Source: a bacterium (GTDB taxonomy: Bacteria; Actinomycetota; Thermoleophilia; Solirubrobacterales; Solirubrobacteraceae). Taken from it: a DNA stretch of 64,000 nucleotides. The translations under genes were made by a program, and so were the position numbers. Below, piece by piece: positions 8,486 through 17,718 of this stretch (its first letter is position 1; each line of letters opens with the position of its first letter). Location of the stretch: NCBI GenBank assembly GCA_021323635.1, contig JAJPKQ010000027.1, positions 9,563-73,562 of the forward strand. The letters are read 5' to 3'. Below the pieces are notes generated by a model, which saw only the letters and a list, made by a program, of their open reading frames with translations, made no database searches and was not told the origin of the DNA.

Positions 8486-9678
8486 TCAAGATCTGCCTGC
8501 CCTCGCGCTTTGAGCTGGAGCTGCTCGAGGCGCTCGCACCGCTCCAGGAGCGCACCGGGCGCATCTACGAGGTCTATGGCGCGCTCACGCGCTCGCGCCT
8601 GGGGTCGGGACGCCCGGCGCGGCGCGTCTCCCAGGTCGGCGGCGAGCCGAGCTTTGCCGATCTGAAGCGCTTTGCGGAGCGCGCCCACGCGCTTGGCATC
8701 CGCGTCAACTACCTGATGAACGGCGCCCTGATCGATCTGCGCGAGTACGACCGCGCCGGCCAGCAGGCGCTCATCGCCCAGCTCGAGCAGATCGCGGAGG
8801 CTGGCGTCGACATGGTCACGGTCGCGGTGCCCTACCTGATCGAGGCCGTCCGCGCGGCGGCGCCCGAGCTGCCGGTGAGCGTCTCGGTGATCGCGGGGGT
8901 GGAGTCGCCCCAGGCGCTGCGCCACCTGGAGGCGCTGGGCGCAACGCGCGTGCAGGTGGCAGAGGACGCCAACCGCGACTTCGAGCTGCTGGGCGCGCTT
9001 TCCGCCGGTGCGCAGGCCGAGCTGTCGCTGATCGTCAACAACGGCTGCCTGCGCTGCTGCGGCTTTCGCCGCTACCACGATGTCCTCTGCACGCAGGCCT
9101 CCCAGGAGCGCGACGGCACGGAGCGCTACATCGACTACCCGCTGCTGCGCTGCTCGGCGCTGCGCGCGCGCGATCCGGTGCAGCTTCTGCGCTCGCCCTG
9201 GATCCGCCCGGAGGACCTCTCCTTCTACCACGAGCGCTTCGGGATCGAGCTCTTCAAGATCGCCGGCCGCCAGCTTCCCACCGAGCGGATCGTGCGCATC
9301 GCAACAGCCTATGCGGAGCTTCGCCACGAGGGCAACTTCATCGACCTGCTGGCGACGCCGGCGGTCGACTTTCGCCGCCACCCGATGACCGCTGAGATCG
9401 CCCAGCAGCGCGGAGCAGAGCGCTTCGCGCCCCCTGCCCTTTACATCGACAACGCGCGCCTGGGCAGGCTGACGGCAGCGATTCACGCCCGTGGCGGCTG
9501 CGCGCTTGCGCGCGACTGCGAGAGCTGCCGAGTGTGCGACGAGATGGCTCCACGGCTGATCGGGGCAGACCCGCCGGGCGCCGAGCAGGCCGAGGCGCTC
9601 GAGGAGCTGCTCAGCGAGCTGGCCGCCGGGCGCTGGAGCGCGGATGTGCGCCCAGGCGCGCCTGCGAAGGCGCTCTAG
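8482..9678 (+). CDS. Peptidase U32-family Fe-S protein (UbiU/UbiV/TrhP/RlhA superfamily)
   Basis: VNYLMNG, VSVSVIAGV, LIVNNGCLRCC...C...C, SPWIRPEDL, FKIAGR; extra C-terminal C-x4-C-x2-C-x2-C cluster. Confidence 0.8.
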   Translation: MIKICLPSRFELELLEALAPLQERTGRIYEVYGALTRSRLGSGRPARRVSQVGGEPSFADLKRFAERAHALGIRVNYLMNGALIDLREYDRAGQQALIAQLEQIAEAGVDMVTVAVPYLIEAVRAAAPELPVSVSVIAGVESPQALRHLEALGATRVQVAEDANRDFELLGALSAGAQAELSLIVNNGCLRCCGFRRYHDVLCTQASQERDGTERYIDYPLLRCSALRARDPVQLLRSPWIRPEDLSFYHERFGIELFKIAGRQLPTERIVRIATAYAELRHEGNFIDLLATPAVDFRRHPMTAEIAQQRGAERFAPPALYIDNARLGRLTAAIHARGGCALARDCESCRVCDEMAPRLIGADPPGAEQAEALEELLSELAAGRWSADVRPGAPAKAL

Positions 9679-9703
9679 CTTCGGCTCTGGCAGGATCGCT
9701 GCG

Positions 9704-10984
9704 GTGAGCAAGGCGCCGATCCCCCTTGAAGATGCCCGCGCGCAGGTGCTGGCGGCCGCGGGCGAGCTTGCACGCGCTCGCCTTGCCGAGGATGGAGCGA
9801 TCGAGACGGCGGCGATCGAGCAGGCGCTTGGTCGCACGCTGGCGCAGGAACTGCGCGCCCCCCATCCGCTGCCGCCCTTTGACGCCTCGGCGATGGACGG
9901 CTACGCGCTGCGCGCCGCCGATGTCGCGGAGGCGGGCCCGCAGTCGCCGGTTGCACTTTCACTCTGTGGGGAGGCGCGCGCGGGCCACCCCTTCTCGGGG
10001 ACGCTGCAATCCGGGCAGGCGGTGGTGATTTCGACCGGCGCGATGCTGCCGGTGGGCGCCGATGCGGTCGCTCGCCTGGAGGAGGCAAGGCGCGAGGGTC
10101 GGCATGTGCTGATCGATCGCCCGCTTAGGGCGGGCAGCGACGTGCGCGCGGCCGGCGAGGAGGTCGCCCCGGGCGAGGTCGTGCTCGCGGCCGGCCGGCG
10201 GCTATCACCGGTTGAGCTGGCGCTGGCGGCTGCGCTCGGCTATGCCCGCGTGCCGGTGGCGCGCCCCCCGCGCGTGGCGCTGCTGGCGACCGGCGATGAG
10301 CTCCTGACGCCCGCCGCGGAGGCGAGCGGGGCGACGCTCGGCGCCGGCCAGATCTTTGAGTCCAACACCTACGGCCTGGCGGCGCTCGCACAGCTTGCCG
10401 GTGCGTCCGTCGTGGGGCGTTCGCACGCAAGGGACGAGCGCGAGCAGCTGGCGGAGGCGCTGGAGAGGACGCTGGCGGCCGATGTGGCGGTGATCTGCGG
10501 CGGGGTCTCGGTCGGGCCGCATGACCACGTCTCCGAGACGCTTGCGGCGCTGGGTGTGGAGAGGCGCTTCCACGGCGTCGCGCTGCAGCCGGGCAAGCCG
10601 ACCTGGTTTGGCGTGCAGCGCTCGCGGAGGCTCGTCTTCGGCCTGCCCGGCAACCCGGTCTCGGCGCTGGTCGGCTTCGTCCTCTTCGTCGGCCCGGCGC
10701 TGCGCAGCCTGCTGGGCGCCGACCCCGTGCCCGAGCGCCTGCAGGCGCGCCTGGCCGAGGGCTATCGCAAGCAGCCCGGGCGTACGCTCGCGCTGCGCTG
10801 CACGCTGCGCCAGGAGGCGGAGCGGCTGGTGGCGGCTCCGACCGGTGCTCAGGGCTCGCACCTGCTCAGCTCGCTGCGCGACGCCCAGGGCCTCGCGATC
10901 CTGCCCGCCGAGCGCGGGGAGCTTGCCGCCGGGGAGCTCGTTGCGGTCGAGCCGCTTGCGCCCTGGCTAGGGTGGAGATGGTGA
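9704..10984 (+). CDS. moeA: Molybdopterin molybdenumtransferase MoeA
   Basis: PPFDASAMDGYA, ISTGAMLP, ATGDEL, ESN, GGVSVG, QPGKP, GLPGNPVS; GTG 9704 lies 7 nt after a CAGGAT -10-like hexamer. Confidence 0.95.
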   Translation: MSKAPIPLEDARAQVLAAAGELARARLAEDGAIETAAIEQALGRTLAQELRAPHPLPPFDASAMDGYALRAADVAEAGPQSPVALSLCGEARAGHPFSGTLQSGQAVVISTGAMLPVGADAVARLEEARREGRHVLIDRPLRAGSDVRAAGEEVAPGEVVLAAGRRLSPVELALAAALGYARVPVARPPRVALLATGDELLTPAAEASGATLGAGQIFESNTYGLAALAQLAGASVVGRSHARDEREQLAEALERTLAADVAVICGGVSVGPHDHVSETLAALGVERRFHGVALQPGKPTWFGVQRSRRLVFGLPGNPVSALVGFVLFVGPALRSLLGADPVPERLQARLAEGYRKQPGRTLALRCTLRQEAERLVAAPTGAQGSHLLSSLRDAQGLAILPAERGELAAGELVAVEPLAPWLGWRW

Positions 10985-11628
10985 CCGTCACGATCAGGCT
11001 CTTTGCAATCCTGCGCGAGCGCGCAGGCGCCGGCTCGATCGAGCTGGCGCTGCCCGAGGGCGCGACCGTCGCGACGGCGCTTGAGGCGCTGCGCCGCGAG
11101 GGGCCGCTGGCGGGCGTGATCGACCGCCTGCCGGTGCAGATGGCAGTCAACCGCGAGTATGCGGACGGCTCGACGCCGCTGCACGCAAGCGATGAGCTGG
11201 CGCTGATTCCGCCGGTCAGCGGCGGCGCGCGGGCGCAGGGGGAGGAGAGGCGGGAGGGGCGGCTGCGCCGCGCGGTGCTCAGCGCCCAGCCGCTCTCGCT
11301 CGATCGCGCTGTGCGCGCGGTGGAAAGCCCCGCTGCGGGCGCGCTGGTCGTCTTCTGCGGCATGACACGCGATGTCCCGGCGCTCGAGTACGAGGCCTAT
11401 GCGGAGATGGCCGAGGAGCAGCTTGCGCAGATCGGCCGCGGCGTCGCCGAGCGCCACGGCCTGCAGGCGCTGGCGATCGAACATCGTCTGGGCAGGGTGC
11501 CGTTGAGCGAGCCCTCGGTCGTGATCGCCGCCTCCGCGGCGCACCGCGCGGAGGCTTTCGCGGGGGCGCGCGAAGCGATCGACCTGATCAAGGAGCTGGC
11601 GCCGATCTGGAAGCGGGAGGACGGTTGA
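10972..11628 (+). CDS. moaX: Fused molybdopterin synthase MoaD-MoaE (MoaX-type)
   Basis: MoaD part ([12 protein letters not shown]...AVNREY...LIPPVSGG) in frame with MoaE part (LEYEAY...HRLG...HRAEAF...PIWKRE). Confidence 0.9.
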   Translation: MEMVTVTIRLFAILRERAGAGSIELALPEGATVATALEALRREGPLAGVIDRLPVQMAVNREYADGSTPLHASDELALIPPVSGGARAQGEERREGRLRRAVLSAQPLSLDRAVRAVESPAAGALVVFCGMTRDVPALEYEAYAEMAEEQLAQIGRGVAERHGLQALAIEHRLGRVPLSEPSVVIAASAAHRAEAFAGAREAIDLIKELAPIWKREDG

Positions 11629-12104
11629 GGCTGAGCCATCTCGATGAGGCCGGTCGCGCGCGGATGGTGGATGTGTCGGCGAAGGAGCCCACCGCGCGCC
11701 ACGCTCGCGCGCGTGCGCTGGTGCGCATGTCAAGCGCGACCGCCGCGCTGATCGCCTCCGGCAAGGCGCCCAAGGGTGCGGTGCTTCAGACCGCGCGCAT
11801 CGCGGGCATCCAGGCTGCCAAGCAGACCGGGACGCTGATCCCGCTCGCGCACCCGCTGGCGCTCACGCACGTCGACGTCGAGGCCGACGTTCACCCCGAG
11901 CAGGGCCTGGTCGAGCTCTGCAGCGATGTCCGCACGATCGGCCAGACGGGGGTGGAGATGGAGGCGATGACCGCCTGCGCGGTCGCCGCGCTGACCGTCT
12001 ATGACATGGTCAAGGGGGTCGAGCGGGGCGTCGTCATCGAGCAGATCGCGCTGCTTGAGAAGAGCGGCGGCAAGGAGGATTGGCGGCGTGGGGAGGGGGG
12101 CTGA
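11625..12104 (+). CDS. moaC: Cyclic pyranopterin monophosphate synthase MoaC
   Basis: [42 protein letters not shown]. Confidence 0.95.
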   Translation: MRLSHLDEAGRARMVDVSAKEPTARHARARALVRMSSATAALIASGKAPKGAVLQTARIAGIQAAKQTGTLIPLAHPLALTHVDVEADVHPEQGLVELCSDVRTIGQTGVEMEAMTACAVAALTVYDMVKGVERGVVIEQIALLEKSGGKEDWRRGEGG

Positions 12105-12624
12105 GAGCGCGCCTGCGCCAGCCGGCGCGCGTGCGGCGCTGATCACGGTCTCAAGCAGCAGGGCGGCGGGCGCGGTCAGGGCGGGGGAGGGCAGCGATCA
12201 GAGCGGCGCGCAGCTTGCCCTCCTGGCCCGAAGGCTTGGCCTCCTGGTGGCCGGCGCGGAGCTGATCCCCGATCGGCGTGAGCTGATCGAGGCGCGCCTG
12301 CGCCACTGGTGCGATGTCGAGGGATGTGCGCTGATCTTCACCAGCGGCGGGACGGGGCTCGCCGCGGATGACCTGACCCCGGAGGCGACCCGCGCGGTGA
12401 TCGAGCGGGAGGTGCCGGGCATCGCCGAGGCGATGCGCCTGGCCTCACGCGAGCACACCCCCTACTGGATGCTCTCACGCGCGCTTGCGGGGGTGCGGGG
12501 GAGGAGCCTGATCGTCAACCTTCCGGGCAGCCCGGCGAGCATCGCCCAGATCGGCGATGTGCTTGCGCCGGCGCTGGTGCATGCGCTGGCGCTGATCGCC
12601 GGCGTGCGTGCCCGCCATGACTGA
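12088..12624 (+). CDS. mog: Molybdopterin adenylyltransferase MogA/MoaB family
   Basis: [34 protein letters not shown]; start codon uncertain. Confidence 0.88.
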   Translation: MGRGAESAPAPAGARAALITVSSSRAAGAVRAGEGSDQSGAQLALLARRLGLLVAGAELIPDRRELIEARLRHWCDVEGCALIFTSGGTGLAADDLTPEATRAVIEREVPGIAEAMRLASREHTPYWMLSRALAGVRGRSLIVNLPGSPASIAQIGDVLAPALVHALALIAGVRARHD

Positions 12625-13624
12625 GCAGGACGAGCGCCGGCAGGCCACGAGGGCGCGCTTCGCCGACGTGCCGATCGCAGCCGGCCACTACGAGAGCTAC
12701 TACCTGAAGGGCACGGCTCCCGAGGGCGGGCTGGGGGTCTGGATCCGCTACACCGTCCACAAGGCGCCTGGCGCGATGCCGAAGTCTTTTCTCTGGCTCA
12801 CGATCTTTGACGCCAGCGCCGGGGTCAGCGCGACCAAGATGCAGGGCCCTGCGCCGCAGGCAGGAGCAGAGGGCAGCTACATCACGATCGGTCAGGCGCG
12901 CTTTGGTCCCGATCGCATCGTCGGTGCCGCCAGGAGCGCGCAGCTTGACGCCGAGTGGGAGATCGCCTTCGAGGGCGAGCAGGCGCCGGTGCTTCACCTG
13001 CCCTACGGCTGGATGTATCGCGCTGCCTTCCCGCGCACCAAGGTCTGCAGCCCGCACCCGGCGGTCCTGCTCAGTGGCACGGTCAGGGCCGGGGGGCGCA
13101 CGATCGACCTGGCGGGTTGGAGCGGGACGATCGGTCACAACTGGGGCGCGGAGCACGCCCGGCGGGCGATCTGGATTCACGGGGCCGGCTTCAAAAATCA
13201 GGCGGACTCCTGGCTTGACCTGGCGATCGGCCGCGTCGGACTGGGGGTGCTCACCACTCCCTGGATCGCCAATGGAGTGCTCTGCCTGGAGGGCGAGCGC
13301 CATCGGCTTGGCGGGCTGGCGCGTATGCAAAGCACGCACGTGCACGAGCGGCCCGAGCGCTGTGAGCTCTCGTTGCGCGGCGATGGCCTTGCGCTCGCGG
13401 GCGAGGTGGGCGCGCCCCCGCAGCGCTTTGTCAGCTGGCTCTACGCCCAGCCCTCCGGCGGCGAGCGCCAGACCGTCAACTGCTCGATTGCGGACATGCG
13501 TCTGCGGATAAAGCGCGCCTCCGGCCCACCGCTGGAGCTGGAGGCGAAGGGGACCGCGGCATACGAGCTGCAGATGAGCGAGCGCTATGCGGCGATGCCG
13601 ATCCAGCCCTTCGCCGACGGCTGA
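12617..13624 (+). CDS. Tocopherol-cyclase/AttH-like beta-barrel protein of unknown function
   Basis: HYESYYLK...VWIRYT...GHNWG...WIHG pattern typical of tocopherol-cyclase-like folds; start overlaps the mog stop. Confidence 0.5.
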   Translation: MTEQDERRQATRARFADVPIAAGHYESYYLKGTAPEGGLGVWIRYTVHKAPGAMPKSFLWLTIFDASAGVSATKMQGPAPQAGAEGSYITIGQARFGPDRIVGAARSAQLDAEWEIAFEGEQAPVLHLPYGWMYRAAFPRTKVCSPHPAVLLSGTVRAGGRTIDLAGWSGTIGHNWGAEHARRAIWIHGAGFKNQADSWLDLAIGRVGLGVLTTPWIANGVLCLEGERHRLGGLARMQSTHVHERPERCELSLRGDGLALAGEVGAPPQRFVSWLYAQPSGGERQTVNCSIADMRLRIKRASGPPLELEAKGTAAYELQMSERYAAMPIQPFADG

Positions 13625-13653
13625 GCGTCACGACGGCTGGACGACGCGGTCGC

Positions 13654-15096
13654 TCAAACGGAGCCGTCGCCCTCAAGCAGCGAGAGGGCCAGACGCGTGG
13701 CAAGCGCCATGATCGTCAGCTGCGGGTTGACCCCCAGCGAGCTTGGAAGGACCGAGCCGTCGGCGATGTAGAGGCCGCGCAGCCCATGCACAGCGAGGCT
13801 GCCGTCGACCACGCCCTGGTCGGGGCGCGCGTGAGCCCGCGCTGTCCCCAGCGGATGGAAGGCCATCAGCTTCAGGTCGCGCCTGCGGGCCATCTCGGGA
13901 TCGACGCCTGCGGGCAGGGGCAGGTAGATCTCGCGCGCGCCCGCCGCGCTGAAGAGCTCGCGCATGCGCACAAGGCCGTCGCGAAAGCGCTGCAGGTCCG
14001 CGGCATTCATGTCGTAGCGGATCAGCGGGCGCGAGCCGAGCGCTGCGACGGAGCCGCGTGAGCTGTCGGAGACCATCAGCCCGAACACCGCCAGCTGCCT
14101 GAAGGCACGCATCGCCTCCGCATGGCGGGCGCCTGTGAGCGGCAGCGCCAGCGCGGCGTAGGCGGGCGGCCCGGCTGATCCCTCGAGCATGATCCCCTGC
14201 TCCGCAAAGTGGTCGATATAGAGGCTCTGGGGGACGCCGCGGGCCATGTCGACGATCTCATCCATGCGCGCGAAGACCGCTGTGGCCGGATGCAGCGAGA
14301 GGTTGCGCCCAAGCTGGCCGGAGCGCCCGGCGAGGCCGCTGCGCTTGAGCAGGAGCGGCGTGTTGATCGTGCCTGCCGCAACGACCACGGTCGGGGCGCG
14401 CACCTCCAGGGTGGCGCCGCCCTCAAGCCTGGCAAGCACGCCCGCGGCGCGCCCGCGCTCGATCAGCACGCGCTTGGCCTGAGCGCCGGTCAGGATCTGT
14501 GCGCCGGCGCGCTGCGCGCGCGGGATGTAGGTGATGCCGGTGTGCTGCTTGGCGGAGGTCGGGCAGCCGAGCGTGCAGACCCCCGAGCCCACGCAGCCGC
14601 GCGCGTTGCGACGCAGGTAGCCATACGACCAGCGAAGGCGCTCGGCGCCACGGCGGACGACGGCGGCGTTGCCTCCCGCAAGCTCGGGTGTGACGGTGTC
14701 GACCGAGATCGCCTCCTCGACGCGCTCGAAGCAGGGGCGCAGCGAATCCTCGCTGACCTCGATGCCGTATTCGCGCTGCCAGCGCGCCAGCACGTGGGCG
14801 GGGGTGCGAAAGCAGGTGCCGGAGTTGATCAGCGTCGTGCCGCCGATGCCGCGCCCCAGCGGCAGCATGATCGGCGGCCTCCCGAGCGTGAAGGTCTGGC
14901 CGCCCTCGCGGTAGAGGCGAGCAAGCATCTCCGGGCTGCGGGCGGTGAAGTGGTCGGGGTCATGCCAGGCGCCTTCCTCGAGCAGCGCCACGCGCACGCC
15001 GCCCTCGGCAAGCTCGGCGGCGACGGGCGCCCCGCCGGCGCCGGAGCCGATCACGCAGACCTCCGCCTGTAGCCGCTGCGCCAGGCGAGCGCTCAC
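13654..15096 (-). CDS. GMC-family FAD oxidoreductase
   Basis: VIGSGAGG FAD motif, GRGIGGTTLINSG, CVGSGVCTLGC, FHPLGTA, DGSVLPSSLGVNPQLTIMALA. Confidence 0.9.
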   Translation of the reverse strand: MSARLAQRLQAEVCVIGSGAGGAPVAAELAEGGVRVALLEEGAWHDPDHFTARSPEMLARLYREGGQTFTLGRPPIMLPLGRGIGGTTLINSGTCFRTPAHVLARWQREYGIEVSEDSLRPCFERVEEAISVDTVTPELAGGNAAVVRRGAERLRWSYGYLRRNARGCVGSGVCTLGCPTSAKQHTGITYIPRAQRAGAQILTGAQAKRVLIERGRAAGVLARLEGGATLEVRAPTVVVAAGTINTPLLLKRSGLAGRSGQLGRNLSLHPATAVFARMDEIVDMARGVPQSLYIDHFAEQGIMLEGSAGPPAYAALALPLTGARHAEAMRAFRQLAVFGLMVSDSSRGSVAALGSRPLIRYDMNAADLQRFRDGLVRMRELFSAAGAREIYLPLPAGVDPEMARRRDLKLMAFHPLGTARAHARPDQGVVDGSLAVHGLRGLYIADGSVLPSSLGVNPQLTIMALATRLALSLLEGDGSV

Positions 15097-15368
15097 GGCC
15101 GCCCCTCCGCCCGGCGCAGCCTGCGACCGCGGGCGATAACGGCCGCAGCGTCCCACCCCAGCGGGCGGCTGATGTCCGGGTCGTCGTAGCGGGCCATCGC
15201 CAGCAGACCGCTTGGAAGCTGGTCCAGGGGCGAGAGAAGGGAGAGCAGTGCCGCGCCGCGCGGGCGGCGCGCAAGCGCAAGCAGCGCACGCATCGCTGCT
15301 TGCTGCCCCAGCGGGGCGGCGGCAATGAAGCGCTCAAGCGAGGCGGCATCCGGGCCTTTGGCCAGCAT
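15093..15368 (-). CDS. Small protein coupled to the GMC oxidoreductase (possible accessory subunit)
   Basis: 91-aa ORF whose stop overlaps the GMC start; ...MARYDDPDISRPLGWD... resembles the C-termini of GMC partner subunits. Confidence 0.5.
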   Translation of the reverse strand: MLAKGPDAASLERFIAAAPLGQQAAMRALLALARRPRGAALLSLLSPLDQLPSGLLAMARYDDPDISRPLGWDAAAVIARGRRLRRAEGRP

Positions 15369-15475
15369 CGCACCGCCACCGTAACATCGGCGCGGCCGCG
15401 GTGAGGCGAGACCCTCGTTGCCGCGCTCCGTCTCCCAGAGGGGGCATGTGGGAGCGGGCGGACAAATAGCTAAGC

Positions 15476-16750
15476 TCATTCCGACGCCTGCCAAAGCCTC
15501 GCCAGCGGGACGACGTGTATGCCATTCTCGTCCGTATAGGCGCGCGCGCCTGTGTACAGCACGACCGCGCCGAGGAATTGCCGGCCAAGCCTGCGACTCA
15601 GCTTCACGAGCGGGCGCAGCTGACCGGGGCCGATCCGCGAAGTGGCCTTGACCTCGACGGCTGCCACCCGCCCGTCCTCGCGCTCGAGCACAAGATCGAC
15701 CTCGTCCCCGTCGTGAGTCCGCCAGTGTCCGCGCGCAACTGGCTCATCGAGCCAGTCCAGCTGCTTTGAGACCTCGCCGACCACGAACGTCTCCAGCAGG
15801 TGACCGAGCTGGGTGAGCGCCGACGCAGACGCCTCGGAGAGCTTGCTCTCTGTCAAGCGCAACAGGCGCGCTGCGAGGCCACTGTCGACGATGTGAATCT
15901 TTGGCGCTGAGCCGACCCGCGAGCCGAGCGTCGTCCCCCACGCTGGGAGCTGGTTGACGAGGAACACGGCCTCCAGCAGCTTGACGTAGCTCTCAGCAGT
16001 GGATTTCTCCATGCCGATCACCGCCGCGGTCTTTGCGATGTTGAGTATCTGTCCGGTCTGGCTGGCGAGGCCACGCAGCAGCAGTGGCAGCTGGCGCCGC
16101 TGTTGCACGCGCGAGATCTCCAAGACGTCGCGTCCGAGCACGAGGTCGAGGTAGTCGTCAAACCAGCGCGCGCGGTCGGCGCTGCGCACACGGCGCAGGG
16201 CGGGCGGGAACCCGCCGGCCACCACGCGGCTTATGTAGTCCGGGCGCGAGCCTGGCAGCGGGCGCCGACTGACCAGCGACGATGGGTCGCGAACGAGCAG
16301 CTCAGCGAAGTCCTCGTGCTTCTCCGCCGCCTCGCCCTGGGAGAGGGGCAGGACGCTTATGCGGTGCGCACGGCCGGTCAGAGCCTGTGCGGTCGCCGGC
16401 AGCGTCGCGTACCGTGTGGAGCCCGTGAGAACGAATCGGCCTGGCGAGCCGTCCCTGTTGAGCTCGGCCTTGATCGCGTCCAGAAGCTCCGGTGCGTGCT
16501 GAAACTCATCGATCGCGACCGGCGCTTCACCGGTCACGAGCAGGGCAGGGTCCGCACGGGCGGCATCGCGGGTGGCAAGGTCGTCGAGATCGATTATCTC
16601 GCTTCGCCACGGCTCCGCCAAGCAGCGCAGCAGGGTGGACTTGCCGACGGAGCGAGGGCCTTCCAGGACGACGACCGCCTCGACCTCCATGCGCCTCCGC
16701 ACGACCTCCACGAGTCGCCGCTCAACAACCTTGGACAGAACCGCCGCCAT
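15476..16750 (-). CDS. AAA_14 ATPase with C-terminal DUF4143 / PD-(D/E)xK-like domain
   Basis: Walker A GPRSVGKST, IDEFQ, FVLTGS, GGFP, PKIHIVDSGL, LLETFVVGE, EVDLV...EVK. Confidence 0.9.
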   Translation of the reverse strand: MAAVLSKVVERRLVEVVRRRMEVEAVVVLEGPRSVGKSTLLRCLAEPWRSEIIDLDDLATRDAARADPALLVTGEAPVAIDEFQHAPELLDAIKAELNRDGSPGRFVLTGSTRYATLPATAQALTGRAHRISVLPLSQGEAAEKHEDFAELLVRDPSSLVSRRPLPGSRPDYISRVVAGGFPPALRRVRSADRARWFDDYLDLVLGRDVLEISRVQQRRQLPLLLRGLASQTGQILNIAKTAAVIGMEKSTAESYVKLLEAVFLVNQLPAWGTTLGSRVGSAPKIHIVDSGLAARLLRLTESKLSEASASALTQLGHLLETFVVGEVSKQLDWLDEPVARGHWRTHDGDEVDLVLEREDGRVAAVEVKATSRIGPGQLRPLVKLSRRLGRQFLGAVVLYTGARAYTDENGIHVVPLARLWQASE

Positions 16751-16756
16751 CAGCGG

Positions 16757-16762
16757 ATTCTA
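16757..16762 (-). promoter_or_regulatory. -10 element (TAGAAT) of a probable leaderless transcript
   Basis: Minus strand reads TAGAAT-ccgctg-ATG(16750): 6-nt spacing, no SD sequence. Confidence 0.55.
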
Positions 16763-16768
16763 GCCGTG

Positions 16769-16860
16769 CTTCCGCAACTCGAGCCCCTTTTCTTCCGCAA
16801 CTCGAGCCCCTTTTCTTCCGCAACTCGAGCCCCTTTTCTTCCGCAACTCGAGCCCCTTTG
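16769..16860. repeat. Tandem repeat, 4 x 23 bp (CTTCCGCAACTCGAGCCCCTTTT)
   Basis: Units at 16769-16791, 16792-16814, 16815-16837 and 16838-16860 (last base G instead of T); head-to-tail with no spacers. Confidence 0.97.
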
Positions 16861-16953
16861 CCTCGGTGATATAAGCGTCTCCCCGGCCTCGAGCTGCTGC
16901 GCCGGATGGCTGCTCCGTGCATGAGCGCGTCTGCGCGATCGCGCCTGCCGCCC

Positions 16954-17706
16954 TCAGCTCCCGCTGCGGCGCGGCTGGCCGTGGATGTGCTGACGCCGGC
17001 GCTCGTGCGCGGCGCTGACCAGGGAGCAGACCTCGTCCGGGTCGGCTGCGGTCTGGATGCGCTTGAGGTCGTCCTCGTCGATCCTTCCCTGCTGGAGCGC
17101 GTGCTCGCGCAGCCAGCTCAGCATCTGCTCCCACTCCGGCCGCGCGAGCAGGATCGTCGGGAAGTGGCGGATCGTCTGCGTCTGGATCAGCGTCAGCGCC
17201 TCGAAGAGCTCATCGAGGGTGCCGAAGCCACCCGGTGCGACCACAAATGCGGAGGCATAGCGCACGAACATGATCTTCCGCGCGAAGAAGTGGCGGAAGC
17301 GAAGTGATATGTCAAGGTAGCGGTTGGGCATCTGCTCGTGGGGCAGCTCGATGTTGCAGCCGATCGAGAGCGCTCCGGCCTCGCGCGCACCGCGGTTTGC
17401 GGCTTCCATCAGCCCCGGGCCGCCGCCGGTGATGACCGCAAAGCCCGCCGCCCCGAGCGCCGCCGCAACCGCACGCACAAGCGTGTAGTCCTCGTGGCCC
17501 TCGGGCGTGCGCGCTGAGCCGAAGATCGTCACCGCTCGACCCACCTGCGCAAGCGCGTCAAAGCCGTAGGCAAGCTCGGCGGCGATGTCGCGGATGCGCG
17601 CCGCATCGGCCGCCCGAACCTCTGAGGGCTCGTCGCCGAGCCACATGAACAGCTCCTCGTCGAAGGTCTGGGCGTGGCGCCCCAGGCTGCTGCTCTCTTC
17701 CACCAC
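16954..17706 (-). CDS. LOG family (TIGR00730) nucleotide monophosphate nucleosidase
   Basis: VTIFGSAR, TGGGPGLMEAANRGA, HFFARKIMF, PGGFGTLDELFE. Confidence 0.92.
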   Translation of the reverse strand: MVEESSSLGRHAQTFDEELFMWLGDEPSEVRAADAARIRDIAAELAYGFDALAQVGRAVTIFGSARTPEGHEDYTLVRAVAAALGAAGFAVITGGGPGLMEAANRGAREAGALSIGCNIELPHEQMPNRYLDISLRFRHFFARKIMFVRYASAFVVAPGGFGTLDELFEALTLIQTQTIRHFPTILLARPEWEQMLSWLREHALQQGRIDEDDLKRIQTAADPDEVCSLVSAAHERRRQHIHGQPRRSGS

Positions 17707-17712
17707 AGGCGG

Positions 17713-17718
17713 AGCCTA
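17713..17718 (-). promoter_or_regulatory. -10 element (TAGGCT) of a probable leaderless transcript
   Basis: TAGGCT-ccgcct-GTG(17706): 6-nt spacing. Confidence 0.5.

Noticed and set aside
16769-16860. 23-bp repeats as a CRISPR array
   Set aside because: The units are contiguous with no unique spacers, and no cas genes are nearby.
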